In this document: positions 25,562 through 34,881 of the stretch, in pieces | Position numbering within the stretch: the stretch's first letter is position 1 | Layout: every line of letters starts with the position of its first letter | Assembly (NCBI GenBank): GCA_900544545.1 | Contig: UQVY01000003.1 | Location: forward strand, 81,655 to 145,654 | Direction of reading: 5' to 3' | From: an uncultured Eubacteriales bacterium | GTDB taxonomy: Bacteria > Bacillota > Clostridia > Christensenellales > CAG-314 | Length of the DNA stretch: 64,000 nucleotides | Made by a program: the position numbers and the translations under genes | Notes under the pieces: generated by a model | Told to the model about the DNA's origin: nothing | Seen by the model: the letters and a program-made list of their open reading frames with translations, nothing else | Databases searched by the model: none

Positions 25562-26515
25562 ATGCGGTTCATTCAGCTCGGTCAGGCTCTCGAAAAGGGC
25601 GTAGGAAAGATTTACCTCGTCGAAGGCGAGGACGGTTTTCTGCGCGGCCGCACGGTCGAGAAAATTACCGAAAAAATCGGACTCGCTTATCCCGAACTCA
25701 ACTCCGTCGTTATCCCCGCGGAAGAAAACTGGGAGACGATATTCGCCGCCTGCGCGGTTATGCCCTTTATGAGCGGGAAAAGGCTCGTAAGGGTTTACGA
25801 CAAGCCCGTCAATTCCGACGCAGCCAAGGCTCTTAACGACTTCGTTCCGAAAAGCGGAGAGAATTACTGCCTCGTCGTCGTGAATTCCGCGAAAACGCAG
25901 GTCCGTTCGCTTTCGGAAGATATCGTCAGAGTGGACTGCGACAGGCTCGACGCCGAAAACGTCGCGAAATGGATAGACGTAGACGCAAGAAGAAACGGCC
26001 TTAAAATTTCGGCGAAAAACGCCCTCACAGTCGCGGAAAGATGCGGCTGCGATATGTCCGCGGTCAGAAACGAAATGAATAAGCTCGTCAATTACTCGAC
26101 GGGAGAAATCACCGCGGAGGATATCTCGGAATGCGTTACCGCAGAGCCGGAATATTCGGTCTTTAAACTCACCGACGCAATCTCGCGGAAAGATACCGGA
26201 GAAGCACTTACGCTCCTTTCAAAACTCGTCAAGGCTCCCGAGGATTATACGGCGACGGTCGCGCTTGTATACGGGAACTTCCGGAGAATGTTCTACGCGA
26301 AAAATTCCGCGACTACGGACGAGGAAACCGCAGCGGCTCTTTCGGTGAAACCGGCAGCAGTCCGCATCGCAAAGGAAAAAGCAGCCGACTTCGGAGCAAA
26401 AAAGCTTATGAAAGCTATGGAGCTGTGCGCGGCGGCGGACGAGGCTATGAAAACTTCGTCGGTCGGAAAGGGAGATATCCTCGAACTGCTCGTTCTGCAG
26501 TTGTGTAATCTCTGA
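25562..26515 (+). CDS. holA: DNA polymerase III delta subunit
   Basis: KIYLVEGEDGFL N-terminal motif, ~317 aa, and the canonical position immediately after comEC. The listed ORF start at 25496 lies inside the repeat spacer. Confidence 0.7.
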   Translation: MRFIQLGQALEKGVGKIYLVEGEDGFLRGRTVEKITEKIGLAYPELNSVVIPAEENWETIFAACAVMPFMSGKRLVRVYDKPVNSDAAKALNDFVPKSGENYCLVVVNSAKTQVRSLSEDIVRVDCDRLDAENVAKWIDVDARRNGLKISAKNALTVAERCGCDMSAVRNEMNKLVNYSTGEITAEDISECVTAEPEYSVFKLTDAISRKDTGEALTLLSKLVKAPEDYTATVALVYGNFRRMFYAKNSATTDEETAAALSVKPAAVRIAKEKAADFGAKKLMKAMELCAAADEAMKTSSVGKGDILELLVLQLCNL

Positions 26516-26539
26516 AAAAAACCAAAAAAGGAGGCTCGA

Positions 26540-27082
26540 ATGACTAATATGCAGGAAAAGCTGAAAAGCAACTACAACCTCGCAAAATGGCTGTGCTTTC
26601 TGGTCTATATAGTGACCTTCGTGTATTCCGAATGGATACGGGAAGGCTCGATCATCAGAATGATAAATACGGTTTATCCCACGATCAGACCGTTCTGGCT
26701 GTGGAACGGACTCTTATGCACGGTCACGGGAGTCGTTTCTCTCGTCGTACTTTATTTCGTCGTGAGAATCTTCAAGTACGCGGGGAAGTTCTATCTCCTC
26801 CCCACCTCCGAAACCTTCCTCCTGACAGTCATTGCCTTTACCTTCGCGCACTTCATCGCAGGCTCGCTGAGGCTCACCTATTACATAACGCCCGTGATTT
26901 ATATCTGGGGACACTATCTCTTCGGCCTCATAGCAGGCTTTCCCGCTATGCTCTGGCTGAACTTTCAGCTTAAAAAACGCTACCTTACGCCTCAGTCGGC
27001 AAGATACGTCTTCCTCTGGTCGATGCTGACCTTTCTCGTGATAAATATGGCGGTTACGCTTTACGGAGGCTATATCGTATGA
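26540..27082 (+). CDS. hypothetical integral membrane protein
   Basis: 180 aa with about 5 hydrophobic segments, an AGGAGG RBS, and translational coupling (ATGA) to the next gene. No family recognised. Confidence 0.6.
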   Translation: MTNMQEKLKSNYNLAKWLCFLVYIVTFVYSEWIREGSIIRMINTVYPTIRPFWLWNGLLCTVTGVVSLVVLYFVVRIFKYAGKFYLLPTSETFLLTVIAFTFAHFIAGSLRLTYYITPVIYIWGHYLFGLIAGFPAMLWLNFQLKKRYLTPQSARYVFLWSMLTFLVINMAVTLYGGYIV

Positions 27083-28290
27083 AAAAGAAAATAACGGCTC
27101 TGATTTTGCTTTGTACGGCTTGCCTCGTTACCTTCGCGGCAGTCGGGTTTTCGGGCGCGTACGCCGAGGAAAACGACGTCGAAGGCGAATCCTTTTCGGA
27201 CAGATTTATGTATTACCTCAGGGATTTCGTCGGAAAATTCCCCAAACGCGAAGCCTTCAGTACGGAGGAAAACGCGGCGGGAGAATACCTCGCTTCGATT
27301 TTCAACGAATTCGGTTACGCGGCGTCGCTGACGGCGGTGAAAAACGCAGGAGAATATTACGATCCGGATTACGCGGAAGGAGGAGAGTCCTTTAACGTCG
27401 TCGCCAGGAAACCAGGCTCGGAAAGAGATAAAACCGTTATTCTCGGCGCGCATTACGATTCCTCGCCGAACGGAAACGGAGCCTTCGACAACGGCTCGGG
27501 AGTGGCTATACTTCTTACGGTCGCGGAGGCCCTTATGAAAAAGGAGCTTCCTTTCGATACGGAATTCGTGGCTTTCGGCGCGGAGGAGCCGGGACTTATA
27601 GGCTCGCAGGCGTACGCGGATTCCATTACTTCGCCCGAAAACGTGCTTATCTATATAAATTTCGACGTGTGCGTCGGAGGAGATAAGCTTTTCGTTTACT
27701 GCGAGGACGTTTATACCCCGCAGCTCGGATTCTTCGCAGAGGTTATAAAAGAGTGCGGAGCCGAAATCGAGCCGAGAACGGATATGAAACCGATTTTCGT
27801 CCCCGCGTCCATAAATCCCTATTATTCGCACGTCGGAATGAGAAGCGATAACCGCTCCTTCAACAGCAGAGGAATACCTACCGCGAACTTCTTCTCCGGA
27901 AGCCTCGACAACGACTTCGGAGTGTATACCGAAAATCCAGACGGAAGCGGAGTTATGCACACGAAAAGCGATACTCTCTCGTATTTTACCAATAATGAAA
28001 ATAAAGTCAGGATTCAGGCGGAATTTCTGGTAAAAACAGTCGTCAGAAGCTTGACAAAAAACGATTTTAAGTATAAAATGACCAATGCAACGGTCGTGAG
28101 CGGCAGCCTTACTTCGTATCGTTATCCTCTCATCGCGTTTGCGGTTCTGAATCTTCTGGCTATCGTCGCGGTTATCCTTATCAACGGGAAAAACAAGCGC
28201 GACGCGGCTTTCGGGGACGGAGCAGCCAAGGAGAAAAAAGAGATCTTCTCTCATCCCGAAGCCGACGACGTTTTCGAGTTTCGGAAGTAA
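27079..28290 (+). CDS. M28 family metallopeptidase with signal peptide and C-terminal membrane anchor
   Basis: VILGAHYDSSPNGNGAFDNGSGVAILL and FGAEEPGLIGS zinc-ligand motifs of M28. N-terminal signal-like segment and a C-terminal hydrophobic helix. Confidence 0.8.
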   Translation: MKKKITALILLCTACLVTFAAVGFSGAYAEENDVEGESFSDRFMYYLRDFVGKFPKREAFSTEENAAGEYLASIFNEFGYAASLTAVKNAGEYYDPDYAEGGESFNVVARKPGSERDKTVILGAHYDSSPNGNGAFDNGSGVAILLTVAEALMKKELPFDTEFVAFGAEEPGLIGSQAYADSITSPENVLIYINFDVCVGGDKLFVYCEDVYTPQLGFFAEVIKECGAEIEPRTDMKPIFVPASINPYYSHVGMRSDNRSFNSRGIPTANFFSGSLDNDFGVYTENPDGSGVMHTKSDTLSYFTNNENKVRIQAEFLVKTVVRSLTKNDFKYKMTNATVVSGSLTSYRYPLIAFAVLNLLAIVAVILINGKNKRDAAFGDGAAKEKKEIFSHPEADDVFEFRK

Positions 28291-28293
28291 CTA

Positions 28294-28370
28294 CTGGGTG
28301 TAGCGCAGTTTGGTAGCGCGCCAGAATGGGGTTCTGGAGGTCGCAAGTTCAATTCTTGTCACCCAGACCA
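28294..28370 (+). tRNA. tRNA-Pro (anticodon GGG), CCA encoded
   Basis: Acceptor stem CTGGGTG/CACCCAG, anticodon stem CCAGA/TCTGG with loop ATGGGGT, T-loop GTTCAATT. A strong hairpin terminator follows. Confidence 0.9.
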
Positions 28371-28407
28371 GATTTTGACACTGAGGTGTTAAGTTTTTCA
28401 TTTTTTG

Positions 28408-28460
28408 CACGATAGTTTTCTTTGCGCGCAGCGGAGCAAGACTATCGTGTTCCTTTTTTT
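28408..28460 (+). terminator. intrinsic terminator after tRNA-Pro
   Basis: CACGATAGT ... ACTATCGTG long hairpin followed by TTCCTTTTTTT. Confidence 0.7.
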
Positions 28461-28698
28461 GCGGAGATTTCTTTGGCTTTCGGCGGAATTTGTCGGGCGG
28501 AAACGGTCATTTTATCCGCAGAGTTTTAATTTTTCGTGAATATTAAGTGAATTCGGAGAGGTTTTTCGCTTTTTGATTTTTTCGTTACGAATTCTTCACA
28601 ATTCGGGGACGGCGAGGTCTTTTTTTGAACAAACAGGGCAAAAGTGTCTAAATAATCAAAAAAATCGGCGTTTTTGTTAACCTACGGCTTTCGTTCGG

Positions 28699-28727
28699 TT
28701 GACTTTAAGGCGAAAAAGCAATATAAT
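28699..28727 (+). promoter_or_regulatory. sigma-70-like promoter for the lipase-like/ABC genes
   Basis: TTGACT - 17 nt - TATAAT. Confidence 0.55.
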
Positions 28728-28781
28728 TTCCGACAGATATAAACGATATAGAACAAAACGTGTCTTATTGAAGGTGATGAA

Positions 28782-30026
28782 ATGATTGAAAAGAAAAAAA
28801 TTGTGACGAAAAGGGCGGCAATCTGCGTTATGCTTATGATTATGGCGGCGTCGGTTTGTCTTTTCGGGGGAGCGGTCGGCGGAGCTTTCGCCGAAAAATC
28901 GGAGCTTTCCGCCGAGAAAACCGAGAATTTCGGGATTTTTACGGACTCGGTAGCAATTCCCGAACCCGAGGCTGCAGTGGACGCGGACGCGATTCTTTCG
29001 ATTCCGCCGCTTCCGGAAAATTCGAGATATAAGAGCAAGCAGCTCGCGCTTTATTCGCTGGACCTTTGCTCCGACCTCTCGAGGGTAAAGACAAAAGAGG
29101 CCTTTCGCAAAAAGGGACTGACCGTGCTGGCTCAGGGGAATTACGAGAAGACCGACGACGATCCGTCGCATACCGCCGCTTATACCGTGGGCAGAAGAAG
29201 AGTGCTTTACGGAGGGAAGATAAGGACGCTTTACGTCGTTTCGGTAAGACCGACGAACGGCGGAGAATGGTACGCGAATTTCGATTTCGCGCCGTCGCGT
29301 TCGGACGATTCGGTTTTCGCGGAGAACTTCCTCTTCGCGGCGGAGGACGTTTTCCTCGGAGCGAGAGAGGTTATAAGCAAGGGCCATAACCTCATAGCCA
29401 AGCCGCTCGTTCTCGTTACGGGATACAGCAGAGGAGCAGCCTGCGCGAATATTCTCGGACTGCTTTTCAACGCCGAATACGGAACGGACAACGTTTTCTG
29501 CTATACCTTCGCGACGCCCAATACCTTCAGGGGCGAAACGAGTATAGATTGCAGGAACGTATTCAATTACGTCGGAAAAACCGATATGGTTACGAAACTC
29601 CCGCTTTCGGAATGGGGATATAAGCGAATAGGCACGGACATTACTCTCAATTCACTCCTCGCAACCGACGAGCTTAAAAGCCTCGAAAACGACACGATAA
29701 AGGCCTTCTTCGAATTCTCGCCGAGCGTCGAGAGCTATTACCTCGACAGACATTCCCTGACCGAGAAAGGCTTGTCCGAGGAGGGACTCACCGGATTCGA
29801 GCTTATGATTTTCGCGGGGAAGCAGATAAATTCTCTTTTAAACGGAGGAATATTCGGGAAAAGCGAATTCTCGCTCGATTATCTTTCGGGAGAGAGCGAC
29901 TTTACGCCGCTTATCGAAATCCTCGGAAGATATACCGCGGAGGATAATTCGCTCGCACTCAGCGTGCTTATTCAGCATATGCCGCAGACCTACCGCGCCA
30001 TGATAAAGCTTATTATCGAGTTATAG
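28782..30026 (+). CDS. secreted/anchored alpha/beta hydrolase, lipase class 3-like
   Basis: N-terminal hydrophobic anchor. GYSRG nucleophile elbow (GxSxG) in VLVTGYSRGAACANILG. Confidence 0.6.
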   Translation: MIEKKKIVTKRAAICVMLMIMAASVCLFGGAVGGAFAEKSELSAEKTENFGIFTDSVAIPEPEAAVDADAILSIPPLPENSRYKSKQLALYSLDLCSDLSRVKTKEAFRKKGLTVLAQGNYEKTDDDPSHTAAYTVGRRRVLYGGKIRTLYVVSVRPTNGGEWYANFDFAPSRSDDSVFAENFLFAAEDVFLGAREVISKGHNLIAKPLVLVTGYSRGAACANILGLLFNAEYGTDNVFCYTFATPNTFRGETSIDCRNVFNYVGKTDMVTKLPLSEWGYKRIGTDITLNSLLATDELKSLENDTIKAFFEFSPSVESYYLDRHSLTEKGLSEEGLTGFELMIFAGKQINSLLNGGIFGKSEFSLDYLSGESDFTPLIEILGRYTAEDNSLALSVLIQHMPQTYRAMIKLIIEL

Positions 30027-30040
30027 GAGAGAAAGAGAAT

Positions 30041-30742
30041 ATGGCTTATATAGAATTCAACGACGTATGCAAGATTTATAAAAGCGGCGACAACGAAATC
30101 TACGCGCTCGACAGAATGACCTTCTCGGTCGAAAAGGGAGAGCTTTGCGTTATGGTGGGTCCGAGCGGAGCGGGAAAAACCACCCTCCTCAATATCCTCG
30201 GCGGAATGGACAGCGCGACCAGCGGAACGGTCAAACTCGACGGAAGAGTCATAAGTTCCTTCGGCGAAAAGGAGCTTACGAATTACAGAAGGACGGACGT
30301 AGGATTCGTATTTCAGTTCTATAACCTCGTCCAGAACCTTACGGCAAAGGAAAACGTCGAGCTTGCGGCGGAGATATGCCCGGAAAGCCTCGACGCGACG
30401 GAGGTTCTCAAAGCGGTCGGTCTCGAAAACAGAACGGACAACTTCCCCGCGCAGCTTTCGGGCGGAGAGCAGCAGAGAGTTTCCATCGCCCGCGCCCTCG
30501 CGAAAAATCCCAAGATAATCCTCTGCGACGAACCTACCGGAGCCTTGGATTACAACACGGGAAAACAGGTCCTCAAACTCCTTCAGGATACCTGCAGAAA
30601 CACGGGAAAGACGGTCATCATCATTACGCATAACGGCGCGCTCACGCAGATTGCGGACAGAGTTATAAGAGTCAAGAACGGTAAAGCAGTTTCGGTGGAG
30701 ACCTGCGACTCGCCCGTACCCGTGGAAAACATAGAATGGTGA
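30041..30742 (+). CDS. ABC transporter ATP-binding protein (MacB/LolD/FtsE-like)
   Basis: Walker [10 protein letters not shown], signature LSGGEQQRV, Walker [13 protein letters not shown]. Confidence 0.9.
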   Translation: MAYIEFNDVCKIYKSGDNEIYALDRMTFSVEKGELCVMVGPSGAGKTTLLNILGGMDSATSGTVKLDGRVISSFGEKELTNYRRTDVGFVFQFYNLVQNLTAKENVELAAEICPESLDATEVLKAVGLENRTDNFPAQLSGGEQQRVSIARALAKNPKIILCDEPTGALDYNTGKQVLKLLQDTCRNTGKTVIIITHNGALTQIADRVIRVKNGKAVSVETCDSPVPVENIEW

Positions 30743-30746
30743 CGGT

Positions 30747-33530
30747 ATGAAAAAGACTTTCAAGCGAAAACGCGCGAGAACGAAGAATATTCTCCGCAAT
30801 ATAAAGGGCAGCCTCAACCGATTCTTTTCAATATTGTTCATAGTCGCGCTCGGAGCGGGATTTATGGCGGGACTTTTCGCGACCTCGCCCGATATGTACG
30901 ACACCGTAAACGCGTATATGAACGAGTATAAGTATTACGACCTCGACCTCAAATCCACGCTCGGATTCTCCGCCGAGGACGTTGCGGAAATCGCGAAAAT
31001 CGCCGGCATAGACCAAATGCAGGCGGCAAACGTGGTCGATATGATGCTCGTAACGGAAAACGAGGACAATTATACGGCGAGGATATTCGCGATTCTCGAC
31101 GAAAACAACGACAGCACGCTCAATAAGTTCGTTCTGAAGGAGGGCAGACTTCCCCAAAACGAGGGAGAATGCGTCGTTCAGTCCATTACGGGCAAGTATC
31201 TCGGCGGGAATTTGCAGATAGGGGACGTTCTCACGCCCGCAAACGACGGAGGCACGAATATTTACAGCCTCTTCCGTTCGGCGATGAAAACCGAAAGCCT
31301 GACAGTGGTCGGATTCGTGGAAAGTCCGGTTTGCATAAGCGTTACATCCGAGGCGACCATAGTCGGTTCAGGCTCTATCGGGCTGGATATTTACGTCGGA
31401 GAGGACTTTTTCGACGCGGGCTACTATACGGACGTTTTTATTACGCTCAAGGGAGCGAGAGAATATAATACCTTTTACGACGAATACGAGAAATTCGTTT
31501 CGGATTCGCTCGAACCTTTCGAAAAACTCGAAAAGGAACGCGCTCCTCTCCGCGCGGCGGAAATGAAAAAGGAGATAGATTCGCTTCTTTCGCAGCTCGA
31601 TTCGCTCATAACCGAATACGAGGATATAGTTTCGACCAAAAAGAAACTCGAGGAGGACGCTCTCAAACGCATAGAAAACAACGAGAAAACTGCCGCTATC
31701 GTCGAAAAATCAGACCCCGAACTCGCGGCGGAATTACGGGCGATAAACGAGGAAATCAGAAAATCGCTGGAGAACAGGGACGACGCGGACGAAAAACTCC
31801 TCGCGAAACTCAAGGAGCAGAAGGCGGGTTACGACAAGACCGTCGCCGCGCTCTCGGAATGCACCTGGCTCAAGAATATGCGTTCGGATTCGTCGGGATT
31901 CTCCTCCTTTCAGAGCAACGTCGGAAAGGTTTCCGCCCTCTCGAAAATCTTCCCCGTGTTTTTCTTCGTGGTGGCTCTTCTCGTTTCGCTGACCACTATG
32001 ACGAGGCTCGTGGACGAGCATAGAGGACAGATAGGTACGCTCAAGGGACTGGGATTTTCTGCAAGGGAGATCCTCGGGGAATATCTGCTTTACGGATTCC
32101 TTGCGTCGGCTCTCGGCTGCGCACTCGGATTTGCCGTAGGATTCGTTCTCTTCCCCAAGGCGATAAGCTCGGCGTACGCGATGATGTTTATAATTCCCGA
32201 AACGATCACGCCGCTCCGTCCCGAAATAATGCTCTGGGTCGCGCCCGTAACCGTCGGAAGCATTCTCCTCGCGACTTTATGGGCAGCCTGGACGGAATGC
32301 AGAGCCTGCCCCGCGGTACTTATGCAGCCCAAGGCTCCCGCAGCCGGAAAACGCATTCTCCTCGAAAGGATTCCTTTTATATGGAAGAACCTTTCCTTTA
32401 CCCATAAAGTTACCTGCAGGAACCTTTTCCGCTATAAAAAACGGCTGTTTATGACTATCATAGGCGTAGCGGGCTGCAGCGCGCTCCTCGTAGCCGGATT
32501 CGGAATAAGAGATTCGGTCAACGACATCGTGGACAAACAGTTCGGAGAGCTTTATCACTATAATCTCTGCGTCATCGGAAGCAGCTACGACGAAATGCTC
32601 GCAGATTCGTCCGTTCGGGCTATTCTCGGAAATACCGAAAAAATAGAGAGCTGGAACGTGTTTTCAGAGACGAAGGGAAAGGTCATCGTCGGGGATAACA
32701 GCCTGTCGGTCGGAATAAGCGTCCCGCAGGACCCATCCGTTTTCGGAGAGCTTATCGTCCTCAAAGACAGAAAAACCGGAAAAACGATTGACTTTTCCGA
32801 GGACGGAGTTATTCTCACCGAAAAGCTCTGCGAAACCCTCGGAATAAGAGTCGGCGACGAGGTTACGCTCGAATCGGCAGACGGAAAACGAGGTGCGGTC
32901 GTCGTTAAGGGAATATGCGAAAATCATATATCTTCCTTCGCTTATATCTCGGAGGCGACCTATAAATCCGCCTTCGGCTCGGATCCCGAATATTCGATGA
33001 TTTTCTGTCGGGCAAACGAAAAACTCGACGCGGAAAAACTTACGAGCGAACTCATAGCCTGCGGAAGCGTGCTTTACGCGTATTCTTCGGAAACGGTCAC
33101 TTCGAGCTTCAGCGAATCCATAAAGAGCATAGACGGAGTTGTCGTAGTCCTTATCATTGCGGCGGGACTGCTTTGTATCGTAGTTCTCTATAACCTCACG
33201 AACGTCAATATCTGCGAGAGAAGAAAAGAGCTTGCGACTATAAGAGTCCTCGGATTCCACGAAAGAGAGGTCGAGAATTATATTTTCAGGGAAACCAACA
33301 CGCTGAGCGTCATCGGAACGCTTTTAGGGCTTCTCATAGGCGTGTGGCTGCATTCGTTCATAGTCAGGACGGTCGAGATAGATATGGTTATGTTCGGAAG
33401 AAGCATTTACTTCACGAGCTTCCTTTACTCTTTCGGAATATCGATGGTGTTTACCTTCATCGTCAACTGCATTATGCGTCGGCAGATAAAGAAGGTCGAT
33501 ATGGTCGAGGCTATGAAAGCAAACGAGTGA
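30747..33530 (+). CDS. ABC transporter permease with two FtsX-type domains and large extracytoplasmic regions
   Basis: 927 aa. There are two blocks of 3-4 TM helices (FtsX-like, e.g. RRKELATIRVLGF), each preceded by a large loop. It is adjacent to the ATPase gene. Confidence 0.85.
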   Translation: MKKTFKRKRARTKNILRNIKGSLNRFFSILFIVALGAGFMAGLFATSPDMYDTVNAYMNEYKYYDLDLKSTLGFSAEDVAEIAKIAGIDQMQAANVVDMMLVTENEDNYTARIFAILDENNDSTLNKFVLKEGRLPQNEGECVVQSITGKYLGGNLQIGDVLTPANDGGTNIYSLFRSAMKTESLTVVGFVESPVCISVTSEATIVGSGSIGLDIYVGEDFFDAGYYTDVFITLKGAREYNTFYDEYEKFVSDSLEPFEKLEKERAPLRAAEMKKEIDSLLSQLDSLITEYEDIVSTKKKLEEDALKRIENNEKTAAIVEKSDPELAAELRAINEEIRKSLENRDDADEKLLAKLKEQKAGYDKTVAALSECTWLKNMRSDSSGFSSFQSNVGKVSALSKIFPVFFFVVALLVSLTTMTRLVDEHRGQIGTLKGLGFSAREILGEYLLYGFLASALGCALGFAVGFVLFPKAISSAYAMMFIIPETITPLRPEIMLWVAPVTVGSILLATLWAAWTECRACPAVLMQPKAPAAGKRILLERIPFIWKNLSFTHKVTCRNLFRYKKRLFMTIIGVAGCSALLVAGFGIRDSVNDIVDKQFGELYHYNLCVIGSSYDEMLADSSVRAILGNTEKIESWNVFSETKGKVIVGDNSLSVGISVPQDPSVFGELIVLKDRKTGKTIDFSEDGVILTEKLCETLGIRVGDEVTLESADGKRGAVVVKGICENHISSFAYISEATYKSAFGSDPEYSMIFCRANEKLDAEKLTSELIACGSVLYAYSSETVTSSFSESIKSIDGVVVVLIIAAGLLCIVVLYNLTNVNICERRKELATIRVLGFHEREVENYIFRETNTLSVIGTLLGLLIGVWLHSFIVRTVEIDMVMFGRSIYFTSFLYSFGISMVFTFIVNCIMRRQIKKVDMVEAMKANE

Positions 33531-33726
33531 TTTAGGCAAAACGGGACGGGAATTCGGGCGGGAAACGACGGGAATAAGGGCGGAAAACGATGAAAATTCG
33601 GAACCGTCGGAAAACCGAAAACGCTCGGAAAGTCGGACTTAAAATCGCCCGAAAAGACCGACTGAAAACGACGGAAAAGCGAAAACGAAAAAACAAACGA
33701 AAACAAACGGAGAAGGAGAGTAATAA

Positions 33727-34155
33727 ATGAAAACGAATTTTACCGAAAAATATGCGGAGTTTTACGACGACGCAATCAGTTTCTGGGGCGAGGACGCTCA
33801 GCTCAGAATGTGCATAGAGGAAATGAGCGAACTCACGAAGGAGCTCTGTAAGTATTTCAGGCTCGCAAACGCACGCGAGAAAACACCCGAACTCGTCGCG
33901 CAGCTCGAGGAAAACAGAAAACACGTTATCGAGGAGACCGCCGACGTTTATAATATGATAGATCAGGTCGCGAGAATCTTCGGCGAAAACGAGGTCGAGG
34001 AAATGCGCGAAAAGAAAATAAGCCGGACTACGCAAAGACTCGAGGAATACGCCGTAAGATACGGCTTCCGCGAAAAGAAAGACGCGGAAAAACCGATAAA
34101 AGAGCAGGAAGGGAATTGTTTCTCGCAAAAAGAAAAAACGAGAAATCAAGACTAA
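33727..34155 (+). CDS. MazG-like all-alpha NTP pyrophosphohydrolase family protein (tentative)
   Basis: EEMSELTKEL and EETADVYNMI acidic helix motifs resemble the MazG EExxE...ExxD metal sites. GGAGAAGGAG RBS. Confidence 0.45.
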   Translation: MKTNFTEKYAEFYDDAISFWGEDAQLRMCIEEMSELTKELCKYFRLANAREKTPELVAQLEENRKHVIEETADVYNMIDQVARIFGENEVEEMREKKISRTTQRLEEYAVRYGFREKKDAEKPIKEQEGNCFSQKEKTRNQD

Positions 34156-34242
34156 CCGAAAATGAGAAATCGCGGAAACTAACAGAAACGAAAAGTCAAA
34201 ACTAATCGAAACGAGAAATCGTAAAGATTAAACGAAACGAAA
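34133..34242 (+). repeat. four purine-rich 23-27-nt units each ending in (A/T)(C/T)TAA, the first being the MazG-like gene end
   Basis: The units are ...ACGAGAAATCAAGACTAA, CCGAAAATGAGAAATCGCGGAAACTAA, CAGAAACGAAAAGTCAAAACTAA and TCGAAACGAGAAATCGTAAAGATTAA. Confidence 0.8.
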
Positions 34243-34243
34243 A

Positions 34244-34270
34244 AGCCGCAGGAATCCCGCGGCTTTTTTT
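34244..34270. terminator. bidirectional intrinsic terminator between the MazG-like gene (+) and hpt (-)
   Basis: AGCCGCAGG aat CCCGCGGCT with A5 on the left and T7 on the right. Confidence 0.75.
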
Positions 34271-34289
34271 ATCTTTAAGGAGAAGAAAC

Positions 34290-34360
34290 TTACTCTTCGT
34301 CTCTTTTTTCGCTCTGTCTGTGGAATTTACTCTTCGTCGCTTTTTTCGCTCTGTCTGTAA
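34290..34360 (-). repeat. duplication of the last 34 nt of hpt (stop included), 37-bp period
   Basis: 34327-34360 and 34290-34323 are identical at 31/34 positions by eye (TTACTCTTCGTC(G/T)CTTTTTTCGCTCTGTCTGT). Confidence 0.95.
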
Positions 34361-34881
34361 ACTCCGATGTCCACTAAATTACGGTATTTTTCGTCAAGAT
34401 CGAGTCCGTATCCGATGATGAATTCGTTGGGAATCTCGAAACCCAGATAATCGATAGGTATATGAATGCGTCTCCGCGCGGGCTTGGAGAGAAGGGTACA
34501 GATCCTTACCGATTCCGCGCCTCTCGTTCTGAGCATTCTCATTATGTAGTCTAGAGATACGCCCGAATCCACGATGTCTTCGACGATGATTATGTTCCTT
34601 CCGGCTACCGAAGTGTCGAGATCCTTGAGAAGCCTTACTTCGCCGCTCGTCTTAGTTCTCGCGCCGTAGGAAGAAATCGCCATAAATTCTATGTTTACGT
34701 CGATGTCGATGGCTCTTACGAGATCGGCAAAAAACATTACCGCTCCCTTCAGAATGCAGATAAGCAGCGGCGTGGATTTATAACGGTAATCGTCGGAAAT
34801 CTCTTTGCCCAATTCCGTCACTCTTTTGTCGATCTCTTCCTTGGAAATCAGTATGCGTTCCATATCCTTGTGTGTCTTCAT
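34327..34881 (-). CDS. hpt: hypoxanthine phosphoribosyltransferase
   Basis: PRPP-binding motif IIIVEDIVDSGVSL. 4-nt overlap with tilS upstream, which is the conserved tilS-hpt pair. Confidence 0.9.
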   Translation of the reverse strand: MKTHKDMERILISKEEIDKRVTELGKEISDDYRYKSTPLLICILKGAVMFFADLVRAIDIDVNIEFMAISSYGARTKTSGEVRLLKDLDTSVAGRNIIIVEDIVDSGVSLDYIMRMLRTRGAESVRICTLLSKPARRRIHIPIDYLGFEIPNEFIIGYGLDLDEKYRNLVDIGVYRQSEKSDEE

